Positions 1 through 11,928 of a DNA stretch of 64,000 bases are shown in pieces. The position numbers were made by a program, and so were the translations under genes. How positions within the stretch are numbered: the stretch's first letter is position 1; each line of letters starts with the position of its first letter. Under the pieces are notes generated by a model. It searched no databases and had not been told where the DNA came from. It saw only the letters and a program-made list of their open reading frames with translations. This DNA is from Podarcis erhardii (lineage: Eukaryota): NCBI GenBank assembly GCA_964252035.1, contig OZ176201.1. One strand, written 5' to 3'.

Positions 1-299
1 CTCAATCCCACATAGAGTTGTCACAATCAAAAGGGAAGTAGTTACTTCTCAAGGAACCTTCCTTCCCTAACAAAGCCACTACAGTACTGTTGACTGCATG
101 CATCAGTAATGTTTATTATGAAGCAGATGTGGGTCTTGTTGGTCTTTTGCACTACGAGAACTCCTGCTTAATATGCCCCTAGAGGAAGCACCGAAAAGCA
201 CAGGGTCACTGGGTAAGAACTCTAAACAGAATGAACTCATATAAAGTGCTACAAATTACATCAGAATGTACACTAGACTCTCTGAGGAACGGATGGGAA

Positions 300-760
300 T
301 ACTGACTTGGGAATACCGCTTGAGTCAGACTGTTGGTCATGGATCTTGGCCAAGATCACAAACATTTCTATTAACTCAAAACTACAGAAGACTCTGCACT
401 GCTTGAGTATTATATTACTCCAGAGACTGACTAAAGAATGGGCTGGCTGCCTTCCTTTCACTACAGAAAGCATACCGATGCCAAATACAAATGCCAAAGG
501 GGTTCTTATATAATCTGCTGGTCCTTTTAAGACAAACATCTGTGACTGCCAACACTGTCTCATACTTCAGATCCCAAATCCATTTGTTGGTCTGTTCAGG
601 TGTCAGTTCCTGGTTAGTGGGTTTGTGCAAAGCCAGAATAAGATGCTCATCTGCCTCTCTTGCGTGGCAAAGGAATTTGCTTTGTGCCGTTAGATCAAGG
701 CTATAGTCAGTTTGGCAGTTCCCATGCCTAGTAGAAGGACTTGTAACTGGTGTCAGTAAC
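300..760 (+). mobile_element. Possible highly degraded DIRS-type (tyrosine recombinase) retrotransposon remnant in a CATSPER3 intron
   Basis: Broken + strand frames give KTLHCL...LQR-TKEW and SQIHLLVCSG-VSSWLV, loosely like DIRS YR motifs (TLHCLDV-RAL-YL-RT; RLFV-Y-G...ISKWIV). Frameshifted; resemblance from memory only; boundaries approximate. Confidence 0.3.
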
Positions 761-1485
761 TCCAGATGCAGCCGTGTCTCAGACTCAGAACGCTGTACCT
801 GGGAACCCATTCTTCAGTACAAAACACAAGTATGTGGCGTCATTTACGAATGATCCCCATGGATGAATTTTGTCACTTTTGCCTAGCAAATAAAGAAAGG
901 CTGGGCTCTTCTCTTGTTTCCCTGCAGCTCTTGTGGCCCCAAAGCTCTGTTCAGGGGGACTGGGGGACACCTCCAGAGCAGCAGGAGAAAACAGCACAGA
1001 GGGTTGCAGCGGAAGGGCAATGCTGGTGAGACTTTGGATCTTCCCATTGGTGAGATCCTTTGCTGGATCTTGGTCCCATCCATGAATGAAAGGATCTCTT
1101 CCGTTGCAGAAGCCTAGTTAGGATCCAAGCTGTGGTCAGTATCTGGAAATGGGTCAAGCAAAAGCTACCCCATTAGATGAGTGGAAGTCATTCACAAATG
1201 ATGCTATGTGTGCTGCTATTTTGTTCCTCTGGAATCAGTTATCAAATGCAAAAGGGGACGAAAGGCCTGTAATAAATTTTAGGACTGCTGGTTCTTTTTG
1301 AGTGTATCCACCCATGCCCTGCCACTGATGACTTCACTCCATGAAACAGAAGCCCTGATTGAAATGGAAAGGAAGATCCCCAACCCTACTTCCTACCTGA
1401 TTATTTTTTAAAAAACTTTTTTCTTCACATAATGTAAATTTAGATTCACTTGCTTTTCTTTTCTCTCTCTTTCCACTCTGCCCAG

Positions 1486-1668
1486 GTCCTGGTGGCAGCC
1501 CTGGCCGAAACTGCCAAAAATGTGATCTACGTTCTCGTGCTGTTGTTCCTGCTCATGTTTATCTTTGCAATTCTGGGTCAGGGTTTGTATGGAGACCCTG
1601 ACCACGGAGACACACGTAACTGGGGCACCCTAGCAGCTGCCTTTTTCACTCTTTTCAGTTTAGTGACG
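1486..1668 (+). CDS. CATSPER3: CATSPER3 (sperm cation channel subunit 3) internal coding exon, S5 and start of the pore loop (equivalent to human exon 4)
   Basis: Polypyrimidine tract + CAG at 1483-1485, donor GTAATT at 1669; 183 nt, phase 0-0. VLVAALAETAKNVIYVLVLLFLLMFIFAILGQGLYGDPDHGDTRNWGTLAAAFFTLFSLVT matches CATSPER3 (LLFLLMYIFAILG...NWGNLAAAFFTLFSLAT). Confidence 0.96.
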
Positions 1669-3279
1669 GTAATTATCCATTCTCGGTTAGCTCTGTCCCA
1701 CATTGCTTTTATATAATGGCAAAATCAATTTGAATAGAAACTATTTCAGGGTGTAACTAGGTCTAGATCTGTTATGTTTCAAGGTTTTTTCTTATTTTAA
1801 GGACAAAGGTAGTTTCAGGGAGTGGTCTACTTAAGATGAGGAACATGGTTCTTGGGATGGTTGTTTAAGTTTCCCCTTGCCATTGTTTCACTCATTCAAA
1901 AATCATCCCTAGAGATGCTGTTTGCCCCATAAAGCAAAACATGCTGGTATCACACTGTGCCATTGAACACTTGAGTGTGTCTTCAGTCCAGCTATTTTTC
2001 AGAAGACTGTAGAGTGGGTACAGTTTGCATCTCATCCCCATCGTTATCCCAGATAAGTATTTTGCCAATGAACCTAATTTTCCTTCAATGCTCCCCACAA
2101 TATCTGGACAAACACTGAGAACAGTTTTGTGGCTTCCCTCCCCCCATAATCAATTGTTCCCCACCCCAATGTTTATCTTTGTGCACATATAGTGCAAACA
2201 CACCAAGATGGGCCCCAGAACAAAGAGGGATAATAATGTGAAATGGGACAAGGACAACAGCATGATCAAGATCTCAGAGACAATATTGATTGCCTCAAAC
2301 AATTCCTGCATGAAGCAGTGGGTTGGGCTGATTACCGCCAAAGGATCTTCTGATTCTATGAAATTACTATTAATTAGTAAGAGCAGTTGTTTTAAATCTG
2401 AAAGTATAGGCATGGGTCAGCTTGTGTGTGTGTGCGTTGGGAAGAATGTATTGCACTGAGGAAGGCAGAAAGGCAAAAAAACCAACCAAACCAAGCCTTC
2501 AGTCTTGTTAATTTCATTGCTGCCACCAGGTCAATATCTTCTACCACCACGGGCCCTCAGCCGCCTGCACTAAACAGCCTCCTAAGCTTTCCCCTCTACC
2601 ATAGAGTGGTTTGGCACTTAGCTTGGGGTGAATAACAAGCTCACTGACCCCCCCAACCTTTAATTAAGGTTTTAGTAAAGCAACATTAAACAGCTTGTGA
2701 GGAAATAATTTTAGATTTTTAAAATATATATAGAGAGAGATAAATGCACCTGAGATAAATGTACCTGTTCTAGACTGTTTCCCCAACCAAGCCAATGCTT
2801 ATGAATCTGTACCCCCCTGCTTATATAGGTTCCTCATATGCTGACTCGTTTTGTTGTAGTGACCCTTTGAGCTGCCAAACATTTTCTAGTGTTCCAGTAC
2901 TGTTAGTGTTTCAGCCTTTTTGCTCTCAAATCTCTATCTCATCTCATCTTATCATCTCTTCAGTTAACTACGCTATTTTCCAACTCAACTTATGCACAAT
3001 ATTTTCACGCCTCTTCCCAATCTTTTAGCCAATTGGAAGGAGAGAAGATTCCTGGTTAAGTTTCTATCTTCCATAATTGCCAGGTTCCTCTGTGCAGAGC
3101 TTCCCCGCGCACATTTAACATTATTCAGAACTTTTACCCCTCTTGTCCAGAAAAGCCTCCAACACTAAGCAACTGTTTTACAATCGGAGTCTTAAAACCC
3201 CAAATTAAATCACTATGATCTATATGAAACTTGGTTGATTCTTCTTTAGAGTTTAATCATTGATCTGATGACCTTTCAG

Positions 3280-3420
3280 GTTGATGGCTGGACAGACTTG
3301 CAGGATGAACTGGATGCCAAAAAATTTGTTTCAAGCCGGACATTCACAATAGTGTTCATTCTCCTGGGATTTTTTGTGTTTTTCAACATGTTTATTGCAG
3401 TTGTTATCATGGATATTCAG
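3280..3420 (+). CDS. CATSPER3: CATSPER3 coding exon, pore loop and S6 (equivalent to exon 5)
   Basis: TTTCAG acceptor, GTAACT donor at 3421; 141 nt, phase 0-0. VDGWTDLQDELDAKKFVSSRTFTIVFILLGFFVFFNMFIAVVIMDIQ completes the T-V-D-G-W selectivity motif. Confidence 0.96.
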
Positions 3421-3669
3421 GTAACTTGCCTTTGTGTGGCAGAGATAGCAATTTTATCTCTGTATAAATTCATTTATCTCTGTATAAATTGATTTGTTTG
3501 ATAACCAGCACTTACTGAGTTCCCACAAAACTGCTATGCATGTGAACTATTTGTGCCTGAAAGTCTGCTCTGATTAGTGAATTTTAGTCTAAATCCTATG
3601 TCTAATTTTCATCCAATTTAGGCATATCTTTTATCTATATACTGCAAAATGTGTATAGTGACACACGTG

Positions 3670-3670
<1 letters not shown>

Positions 3671-3705
<35 letters not shown>

Positions 3706-4812
3706 TTATTTATACCCCACCCATCTGGCTGAGTTTCCCCAGCCACTCTGGGTGGCTCCCAATCAAGTGTTAAAAACAGTACAGCGTTACATATTAAAAA
3801 CTTCCCTGAACAGGGGTGCCTTAAGATGTCTTCTGAATGTCAGGTAGTTGTTTATTTCTTTGACATCTGATGGGAGGGCGTTCCACAGGGCGAGTGCCAC
3901 TACCGAGAAGTTCCTCTGTCTGGTTCCCTGTAACCTCACTTCTCGCAATGAGGGAACCGCCAGAAGGCCCTTGGCACTGGATCTCAGTGTCCGGGCTGAA
4001 TGATGGGGGTGGAGACGCTCCTTCAGGTATACAGGACCGAGGCCGTTTAGGGCTTTAAAGGTCAGCACCAACACTTTGAATCGTGCTCGGAAACATACTG
4101 GGAGCCAATGCAGATCTCTCAGAACCGGTGTTATGTGGTCCCGGCGGCCACTCCCAGTCACCAGTCTAGCTGCCACATTCTGGATTAATTGCAGTTTCCA
4201 GGTCACCTTCAAAGGTAGCCCCACGTAGAGCGCTTTGCAGTAGTCCAAGCGGGAGATAACTAGAGCATGCACCACTCTGGCGAGACAGTTCACGGGCAGG
4301 TAGGGTCTTAGCCTGCGTACCAGGTGGAGCTGGTAGACAGCTGCCCTGGACACAGAATTAACCTGTGCCTCCATGGACAGCTGTGAGTCCAAAATGACTC
4401 CCAGTTACCCCATTCAGGACCAGGGAATCCCCCACACCCATCTGCTCCCTGTCCCCCAAAAACAGTACTTCTGTCTTGTCAGGATTCAACCTCAACCTGT
4501 TAGCCGCCATCCATCCTCCAACTGCCTCCAGGCACTCACACAGGACCTTCACCGCCTTCACTGGTTCTGATTTAAAGGAGAGGTAGAGCTGGGTGTCATC
4601 TGCATACTGATGAACACCCAGCCATATACCCCCCTGGTGATCTCTCCCAGCGGCTTCATATAGATATTAAAAAGCATGGGGGAGAGGAAGGAACCCTGAG
4701 GCACCCCACAAGTGAGAGCCCAGGGGTCTGAACACTCATCCCCCCCCACCACTTTCTGGACACAGCCCAGGAGAAAGGAGCGGAACCACCGTATAACAGT
4801 GCCCCCAGCACT
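3671..4812 (-). mobile_element. L2 (CR1-group) LINE, 5'-truncated 3' portion with (TTA)n tail
   Basis: Minus-strand frames give RT segments CGVPQGSFLSPMLFNIYMKPL, RLRLNPDKTEVL and a 201-aa C-terminal ORF (ISRLDYCKALYVGLP...LHWLPV...KALNGLGP). (TAA)n microsatellite tail at 3671-3705. Confidence 0.92.
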
Positions 4813-4897
4813 GTTCTGTTAGATCTGTTAGATCTGTCATAGTCCTACTGCAAGCTGAAAAGTCTTGTGGGATGAACATTAACACCAAAAGTGTATA

Positions 4898-5147
4898 CAG
4901 TCGTACCTTGGAAGTTGAATGGAATCCGTTCCAGAAGTTTCTTCGATTTCCAACACATTCAGAAACCAAAGCGTGGCTTTTGATTGGCTGCAGGAAGCTC
5001 CTGCAGCCAATCAGAAGCCACAGAAGCCCCACTGGATGTTCGGCTTCCAAAGATCGTTTGCAAACCAGAACACTCACTTCCAGGTTTCCAGCGTTCGAGA
5101 GCCAAAATGTCCGAGTACAAAGGCATTCAGGATCCAAGGTATGACTG
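4898..5147. mobile_element. Tc1/mariner-type MITE (250 bp)
   Basis: TIRs CAGTCGTACCTTGGA / TCCAAGGTATGACTG, flanked by TA at 4896-4897 and 5148-5149. Perfect internal inverted repeat TGATTGGCTGCAGGA-agc-TCCTGCAGCCAATCA at 4981-5013. Confidence 0.88.
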
Positions 5148-5490
5148 TATAAACAATTACTTCAAATATATTGATGCTGTTACTTCTGCAGAATGATATA
5201 TCACTACTTTGGCATGAAGTACAAGGGATATGGTTATGAACTGGGCTGCTCTACTATACAAAGTTTCTAGAACAGTTTGTCTACCAGTAATAAATGCTGA
5301 TTAATGGGATATCCAAGGCAGAGGATCACCTTGGCTCTGTACTTAAGGAGGCAGGGAAGGGTGTAAGGAGAGGGATTACACATACCTTATTCTTTTACTG
5401 GTTGAGAAAATAAAATTTCCTGACGATGTAGTAAATGAACAGGAGCTTTGTCTCAAGATATTCTATCACCCTTTGTTTTGATACAACCAG

Positions 5491-5610
5491 GGGACAACTG
5501 ATGAATATGAGCAAAAGCTTAAAGCAGACAGGCATGCTGCTCTGATGGCAAAAAAGCAGTCCATTCTGAAAAGACAACAGGACGAAATAAAGGCATTACT
5601 GAATCAGCAG
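5491..5610 (+). CDS. CATSPER3: CATSPER3 coding exon, cytoplasmic coiled coil (equivalent to exon 6)
   Basis: CCAG acceptor at 5487-5490, GTTAGC donor at 5611; 120 nt, phase 0-0. GTTDEYEQKLKADRHAALMAKKQSILKRQQDEIKALLNQQ matches the CATSPER3 KQVILQRQQEEI region. Confidence 0.92.
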
Positions 5611-6806
5611 GTTAGCACATCATAATGTTACATTGCAATAAGGGCATACTTTTTAGTAGATGATTCCCCTTCAGTTAGTCTCCATTAATTCAAAATGAAT
5701 GAATAACCGACCAAGAAAATAACCCACTTGTGGAGAATTTTAAAAGTAAACCAAGTTGTAGATTTTCACGTCATTTAATGCTCAGACTGAAGTTGTTCAT
5801 TTAGCTTATAAAGTGGAAAAGCCACAGCTGTGCTCCACTCTGTGGGCCACAGAGCCCAACGCTGTACAGAATATTGGGTCCAGAGAGAACATTATACCTA
5901 CCTTTCAAGCTATAAAATCTAAATAGACTATTGAAATTGTCCGAGCATATTCAAGTGTTAGTCTTGTAGCTGGTTAGGGCTGGGATTGTTACATCCCCTG
6001 AATGAACTAGCTGTGGCTTATTAATTTTAGTTAATAGGCTTTTTGACCGCTTTTAAGGCAATATTGCATCCCAAAGCAGATATACAACTACATATCCATA
6101 AAACCCAAGAACAAAACTATTTAAAACAATGCAGATATCCAGTTCTATTCCCAAAATATACTAGTTTGCAGACCAGAAAAGAAGGGGCTTACCTAACTCT
6201 GAAAAACAGCATTCATTATCCTAGATTTGAAAATGGTTATTAAGGCCTGTTTAAAATTAACAAGGGATGGAGCCTTGGGCATCTGTGGCAGAGAGCAAGG
6301 AAGGCAAGTCCCCTCTGCCGTTGGATGAACTGTAGTATCCAATTCCCAGCTTTTATTTTTATTTTTTCCTGTTTCAGGCATCTGTAAAACCCGAGATGTG
6401 ATGCAACATGTGTTTTCCTTTGTTTTGTGAGAAACTAACCTGCTCCCACCTCTAGGGGTTTTTGGCCAATGAATGAAGTCATAGCAGTGACATTTAAGAA
6501 ACCAGATCTAGACAATTAGACAAAGAGAAGGCTAGCTACCACCATTAAGTCTCCAGAACTACCAGAAATGGTAGACCTGTTATCTCATGCTAATTATATA
6601 TGTTTATTTATCCCCTGCCCCACACATGAAACATTCCTGCAGATGCCCGTGGATAGAACTTGCCTCACTTAGAATCAAGTTCCATAAATTGGGAAGTGTA
6701 TTTCTTAAGCTTTCTTATAATTTATACATACACATCCCTTACTCACACATTCACTCATATGCAACAGAGTTCCGTTGACCCTTTTTGAAATCTGAAGGAT
6801 CCTACA

Positions 6807-6927
6807 CAGGGCTTTTTTCCCCCAACCGGAGCTCAGTTCTGGCACCTCTCAGGTGGGCACCATTGCCGTTAATAAGAGAACAAGGGAAGCATGCATCCAG
6901 GCACCTTTTTCTAGAGAAAAAGCACAG
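6807..6927. mobile_element. Non-autonomous hAT MITE (121 bp)
   Basis: Perfect 8-bp TSD ATCCTACA (6799-6806, 6928-6935); termini CAGGGCTTTTT / AAAAAGCACAG. A related copy lies in opposite orientation at 29430-29562. Confidence 0.85.
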
Positions 6928-7695
6928 ATCCTACAGATTTTGGAAGGCATGCAGAAAGGGGGCCATGCAGGGATGCGAGGAGCTCCTTGGGAAACATGGT
7001 GCTCAGCAACTTCCTAGATGTCTATGACTCCTCCCTGACAAAACCCAAACAGTCTCAGTAATGGAATATGGACAAACTTCATACAGTTTCTAAAGGGCTA
7101 CCCATATGGTGCCCTTTTTAAATCCCACAAAACTTCTCCCAGAAATTCAAGGATAAGATGGACCAGTCCTGATCTGGATGTGACTTCTGTTACTTTAAAA
7201 CATAGGTGGGGCACCTCAAGACTGAGGGCCACATGCAGCCCTCAAGTTATCACTATCTGGCCCTCAGAACATTCTCCAGGCCACACTCCTCCCAGGCCAC
7301 CTTTTGTATCCTGAATGCTTGTGCCTGACTAGTATGTGCTCTTGAACTCTGATAATGCCTCGTGCTTGTCTCTATGGAGGACATATAGGGGATCTGTGAG
7401 TGTGTGTAGAAACTCGCCTCCCATTCAAAGGTAAGCATTCACATTTGTTGCTCTACCTCCTTTCCTCTCTGGCCCTGCCCATCACTGTCACATGGGTACC
7501 AGAAGGTTGTCCCCTGGGCTAAAAAATGTCCCACCCCTACACCTCTGCCAGCTTTAAAGCATAAAAAACTCACCCCCTTTCCAATGTTGCTTATTTGCCT
7601 TTTGTGGAAGTTGCTGGGAGTATAACCAGCTCTGTGAAGCCGAATGTGGCATTGTAGCACTGGCATTAAACCGGTTGCCTGTCTTTTCACACCAG

Positions 7696-7853
7696 AAATC
7701 AACAGAATATAGAACCTTTGATGAAATGGTGGAAAGCTTCAAGAAAACCCTGCTTCACACAGATCCCATGATCTTAGAAGATTTTTGTTGCAGCCTGCCG
7801 TTCATCGATCTATATTTGTCATCTTTGGATCGTCAGGACCGCACAATTTATAA
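7696..7853 (+). CDS. CATSPER3: CATSPER3 coding exon (equivalent to exon 7)
   Basis: CCAG acceptor, GTATGC donor at 7854; 158 nt, phase 0-2. KSTEYRTFDEMVESFKKTLLHTDPMILEDFCCSLPFIDLYLSSLDRQDRTIY matches FKKTLSHTDPMVLDDF-TSLPFIDIY. Confidence 0.95.
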
Positions 7854-8909
7854 GTATGCAACACTTCCTAAGTCAACCGTATAAGGGTTAGATCATGTTC
7901 ATATTAATAGTTATTTCATTGCAGCCAACGCTAATTATTTTAAATCCTTAACACTCCTGTGCTGTTTGTACTGAGATCTAACAGAAATGTTTTTTTTAAG
8001 TGTGTGGCATTGTTTCCTAAATACTGTGAAGTTAAGGAATTCTGAATGTTGGTGGGCAATGGTATGATTGAATGCTTCCAAGGGGGCAAAAGCATTCCTT
8101 GCATGTAGAAAGCTAGAACTTCAAGAAGATGGGTTCTGGGATAATGTTCCCAATCTTTCCAAATGCAAGGAATTTTTGAAATGGAAGGCAGTCTAATGTT
8201 TGAAATGGTCTTGCCTTAGGAGAGGTGTAAAACATTGGTTTTTTTGTGTTTGGATCAGCACTCTGAGAGAAAACCATGTTTAACAGCTTTGCAATGTCAG
8301 GACCATTTCAAACATGTAAAAATTGCAAGAACAGAAGCTTCCCAGTTAGGGAATTTCTGTTCAAAACAAGGAATGAAGGAAAAACTGCATTGTAGACTCT
8401 TGTTCCTAACTAGTGCATGAACAGTATAGAAGGCACAGCTTCCTGAATAAGCCCTACAAAAATACCTAAATGGTGGCCATTTAGAATTAGAAGAATGAAG
8501 CTTTGGAAATGATTAAAGATCACGCTTGAATATTTAGTCACATTTTAAACTCTGTTTTGCCAACTGATACATGTGGTTCTTGTGATAATTTGTTCCTACT
8601 GATGAAAATGTGGCAGGCCTTTGGAAGAGACTTTAGAGGCTGAATGTAAGAAGCCACTGGGGCTGTTTCTTGCACCTTGGAAACATTGCTTCCAGGATCC
8701 AAAAATCTGTGATCGTGTAAATCTCTGTGTGATGAATGCTATATTGTTCTTAATTTTAAAATAATTCTAAGCTGCTTTTATATTTAAGAAAATGCATCAA
8801 CTGACTTGCTAAAAACAACAATACTATAACTCAAAGCAGCAGAAAGAAGCAATAAATAAAATTTTAGATTGAGGGGATCAATATATAAACCCACACCATC
8901 CATACAATA

Positions 8910-9045
8910 CATCTGCTTTGTATGCAGAAGGTCTAAGGTTCCATCCCTGGGATCTCTAGGTAGGACTGGGAAACATTCCTGTCTGAAACCCCCAAAAGCC
9001 ATTGCCAGTCAATGTAGACCGTACCAAAAAACATGGACCAATGTG
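8910..9045 (+). mobile_element. tRNA-derived squamate SINE, degraded (Squam3-like; family not confirmed)
   Basis: CTGCTTTGTATGCAGAAGGTCTAAGGTTCCATCCCTGG head. Homologous copies in opposite orientation at 15092-15820 and 31577-31750. Confidence 0.55.
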
Positions 9046-9078
9046 AAGAGTTCCCAAATGCCCTCTCCAAATTGAGTA

Positions 9079-9205
9079 CAGTGGTACCTTGGGTTACATA
9101 TGTTTCAGGTTTCAGACTCCGCGGGTTTCAACACAGGCACCTGGTTGGCCACTGTGAGAACAAGATGCTGGATTAGATGGGCCAGCAGGCTGTTCTTATG
9201 TTCTC
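9079..9205 (+). mobile_element. Truncated Tc1/mariner MITE left end followed by a CR1-type 3' tail fragment
   Basis: TA+CAGTGGTACCT terminus shared with 25013 and 35701. GGCACCTGGTTGGCCACTGTGAGAAC...CTTATGTTCT resembles squamate CR1 3' ends. Confidence 0.5.
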
Positions 9206-9267
9206 AAGACCTGTTGTAGCATCATGAAATGATCATTGCACGTGTTTTGCTTGTTTTCTCATTCCAG

Positions 9268-9364
9268 GCTGCAAAAATTGTATTATGAAATCGTTGCCGT
9301 TTTGACTAATATGCTGCAAGAATCAGACGAAAAGCCTTTGCAGAGCCTGCAGACTCATAGGTGA
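9268..9364 (+). CDS. CATSPER3: CATSPER3 last coding exon (equivalent to exon 8), stop TGA at 9362-9364
   Basis: TTGTTTTCTCATTCCAG acceptor; phase 2 joins AA|G to give K. LQKLYYEIVAVLTNMLQESDEKPLQSLQTHR* matches KLQELYYEIVHVLSLML. Confidence 0.94.
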
Positions 9365-9820
9365 AGACCTGAGTTTCCTGCTACCTAACGAAAAAGTGTT
9401 TTTTTTCCCATTTGAAAAAATCTCGTGCACGCTCCTTAGCAATTAGCAAAATGAATGGAAGAACTTCCACGAACTTCCAGCAGAGCTAGAGTTTTACTTC
9501 ATTTGTATTCACATCTTAGGAAATATAAACGTAATTTGGCTGCTTTGCTAATGCATCCTTGTGTTTGCGGCTGTATCTCTTTCCATCTTTATAGGCTTAG
9601 GTCAAACTGTTAGATCATATCGTGTGATTTTTCCTGAGGCCATGTGGTAGCTTTTAACTGGTAAACCCAGATGGGTTGCAAACTAATGGAGTCATTCTGT
9701 GTGTGTAGGAGAGTTTTTTGGTTGCTATGGGGAAGGGGAAGGATCCCATGATTGTGTGCAATTTTGTTTCTCACAGCACAGAGCTCAAACAATGGCCTGG
9801 GCCATGACCACCACCTATAG

Positions 9821-9958
9821 CAGCCTTCTCCAACATCTAGTGCCTTCCAGATGTTTTGGACTACAAGTCCCATCAGCTCCAGTCAGCATGGGTCACAGTC
9901 AGGGATGGTGGGACTTGTAGTCCAAAACATCTGGAAGGCACCAGGATGGGGAAGACTT
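9821..9958. mobile_element. Palindromic hAT-type MITE; related copies near 10640-10750, 15932-16035, 23018-23146 and 53633-53763
   Basis: Long inverted arms TGCCTTCCAGATGTTTTGGACTACAAGTCCCA...TGGGACTTGTAGTCCAAAACATCTGGAAGGCA. Confidence 0.75.
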
Positions 9959-11860
9959 ACTCAACTTAAAGGACACATTTGAACAATTGGAATGCATGGT
10001 AGAATCTGGGTTCCTGAATGCATGTTGTCTCCTGAAACTTCACTTAAGCTGGAGCGCATTTGATTTACTATTTGCCCAGCTGACATGGGTTGGGCACTGA
10101 TGTGAATGGTTACATTCTGGATTCTTGGTGCCACAATGGAGATGATTATGTCAACACAGTTGGAGCCATGAATTGCCCTCAAGGTGAGATGCTTCGTTTC
10201 TGTGACTTCCTCAACATACATGTATATTTTCTGGAACTTTCAAGGTAAATAATTCTGTGGATATATTCACATTCATTTAAAGGGAAAACACGCATACACA
10301 CATATACATCCATTTCAACTTTATCAGGTTATTACTCAAATAACAGCCAGTCTTGGGTTTCCAATATCTCAAATCTCCATACTTTGCATCTGATTACTAA
10401 TGAAGATTTCATGCTTCAGAAACAACAGCTTATGTTGTAAGATTCTGTAAAGGCTGGGATCCTTTGTGTTTGTTTATACAAGAGAATTCTGTTTCCTTGG
10501 AGGCTGGTGGAAGCAACTCAGTCTTAATGTAGTGTATATACACAGGGGCCTATACCATATCTATTCCAAACGTATCCTTTATCCCACAAGGAAAATGTGC
10601 ACAGCATATTTAGAGCGGGGATGGTCAATGTGATACTTTGCAGATGCTATTGAACTCCCAACTCTCATCAGCTCCAGCCAGCATGGTCTATAGTCAGAAA
10701 TTATGGGAGTTGTCATCCATAATATCTGGAGGGCACCAAGTTGTGCTTCCCCTGGGTTACAGCAAGCGCTACTGCAGAGAAAGAGTCTAGCTGATATACT
10801 GTGACTTCCCAGCTATCTTGAGAGGCAATGCTATACTTGGAAGGGAATCCACTGAAACACATGCTTGGGATTATACACTTAGCCATTTTGGACAAGATGG
10901 AAAAGATTCTCTTTAGTGATTAAGTCCATTATTTTGGAGCCATGGGACACAAAGCCCATTCACACAAAGGATGTATCAGATGGTGAGCATATGCCCTTCT
11001 TGAATTAGCCCCAAACTATGAGAAACAGCCTAGAGACACTGTTGGATGGAGAACTGTTCCGTTCTTGAAGTATTTTGAGAATTTCATGGATGGAATTTCC
11101 CTCCCAAGGGGGGAAAAGGTGATAATATTTGGTGCTGAGTTTTCTGACTCGCGTATCATTTTTATTTTACAGCTGCAAAGCACTTTATGATTATATGTAG
11201 TGGATTGGTGTATAATATTACAAAAAGAACCACTTGAAAAATGTCCTTTATAATAGTAAGTGGTTAGACTGGGTCACCCTATGCCTTTTTAGTAGTAAAA
11301 TAAATTAGAAACAGACGTGTACAGTATCTAATTCTAGGCTCAAAAATGTTTGAAAAATGATGCTCATAAAGAAAAACTATTGACACTTTCTGAGAGAGAT
11401 ATGGGCTGACTTTAAATATATATAACAGAGCAAGTTGAGTTATCCTTCTGCAGTTATTTTTCTGAGTACAACTCACTCCACCAGACTGGGTATTGGTTTG
11501 CACACACAGCTAAATCATTTCGGGGCTAGTTCTTCCATTGTCAACAACAAATTCCTCTCCATGGACCATTAGTTTTGAGAGGCTATTTCATATATCAGTA
11601 TCACACAGTGAACATATTTTGTGTTATGTATTAGCTACACACACACAGTTTGCATTGGAGAGTAGGCATTAAAGTGTCTGAATTCCACTGGAGAATGTAG
11701 CCTAATCACTCAGTACAATTATTTGCATTGCTTTTGATCACAGCCCCTAAGTAAGATATAGAAACAACCCAAACCTTGCACACCACCCTTGAGAATTTCA
11801 GCAACATTTTTCCTAGTCTTTGATAATTTTTAATGGATTTTTTTCTTTTCATTGGTGATG

Positions 11861-11862
<2 letters not shown>

Positions 11863-11905
<43 letters not shown>

Positions 11906-11928
11906 CATACACACACACACACCACACA
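11863..11928. repeat. Compound (CT)n/(CA)n microsatellite
   Basis: Seen directly. Confidence 0.95.

Noticed and set aside
1-1485. CATSPER3 exon 3 or PCBD2 exons
   Set aside because: No frame with the S4 LRILKLI motif or PCBD2-like sequence; these should be upstream of the window.
11173-11200. CKALYDY, an SH3-like start motif
   Set aside because: Stop codon follows two codons later; no rest of an SH3 domain.
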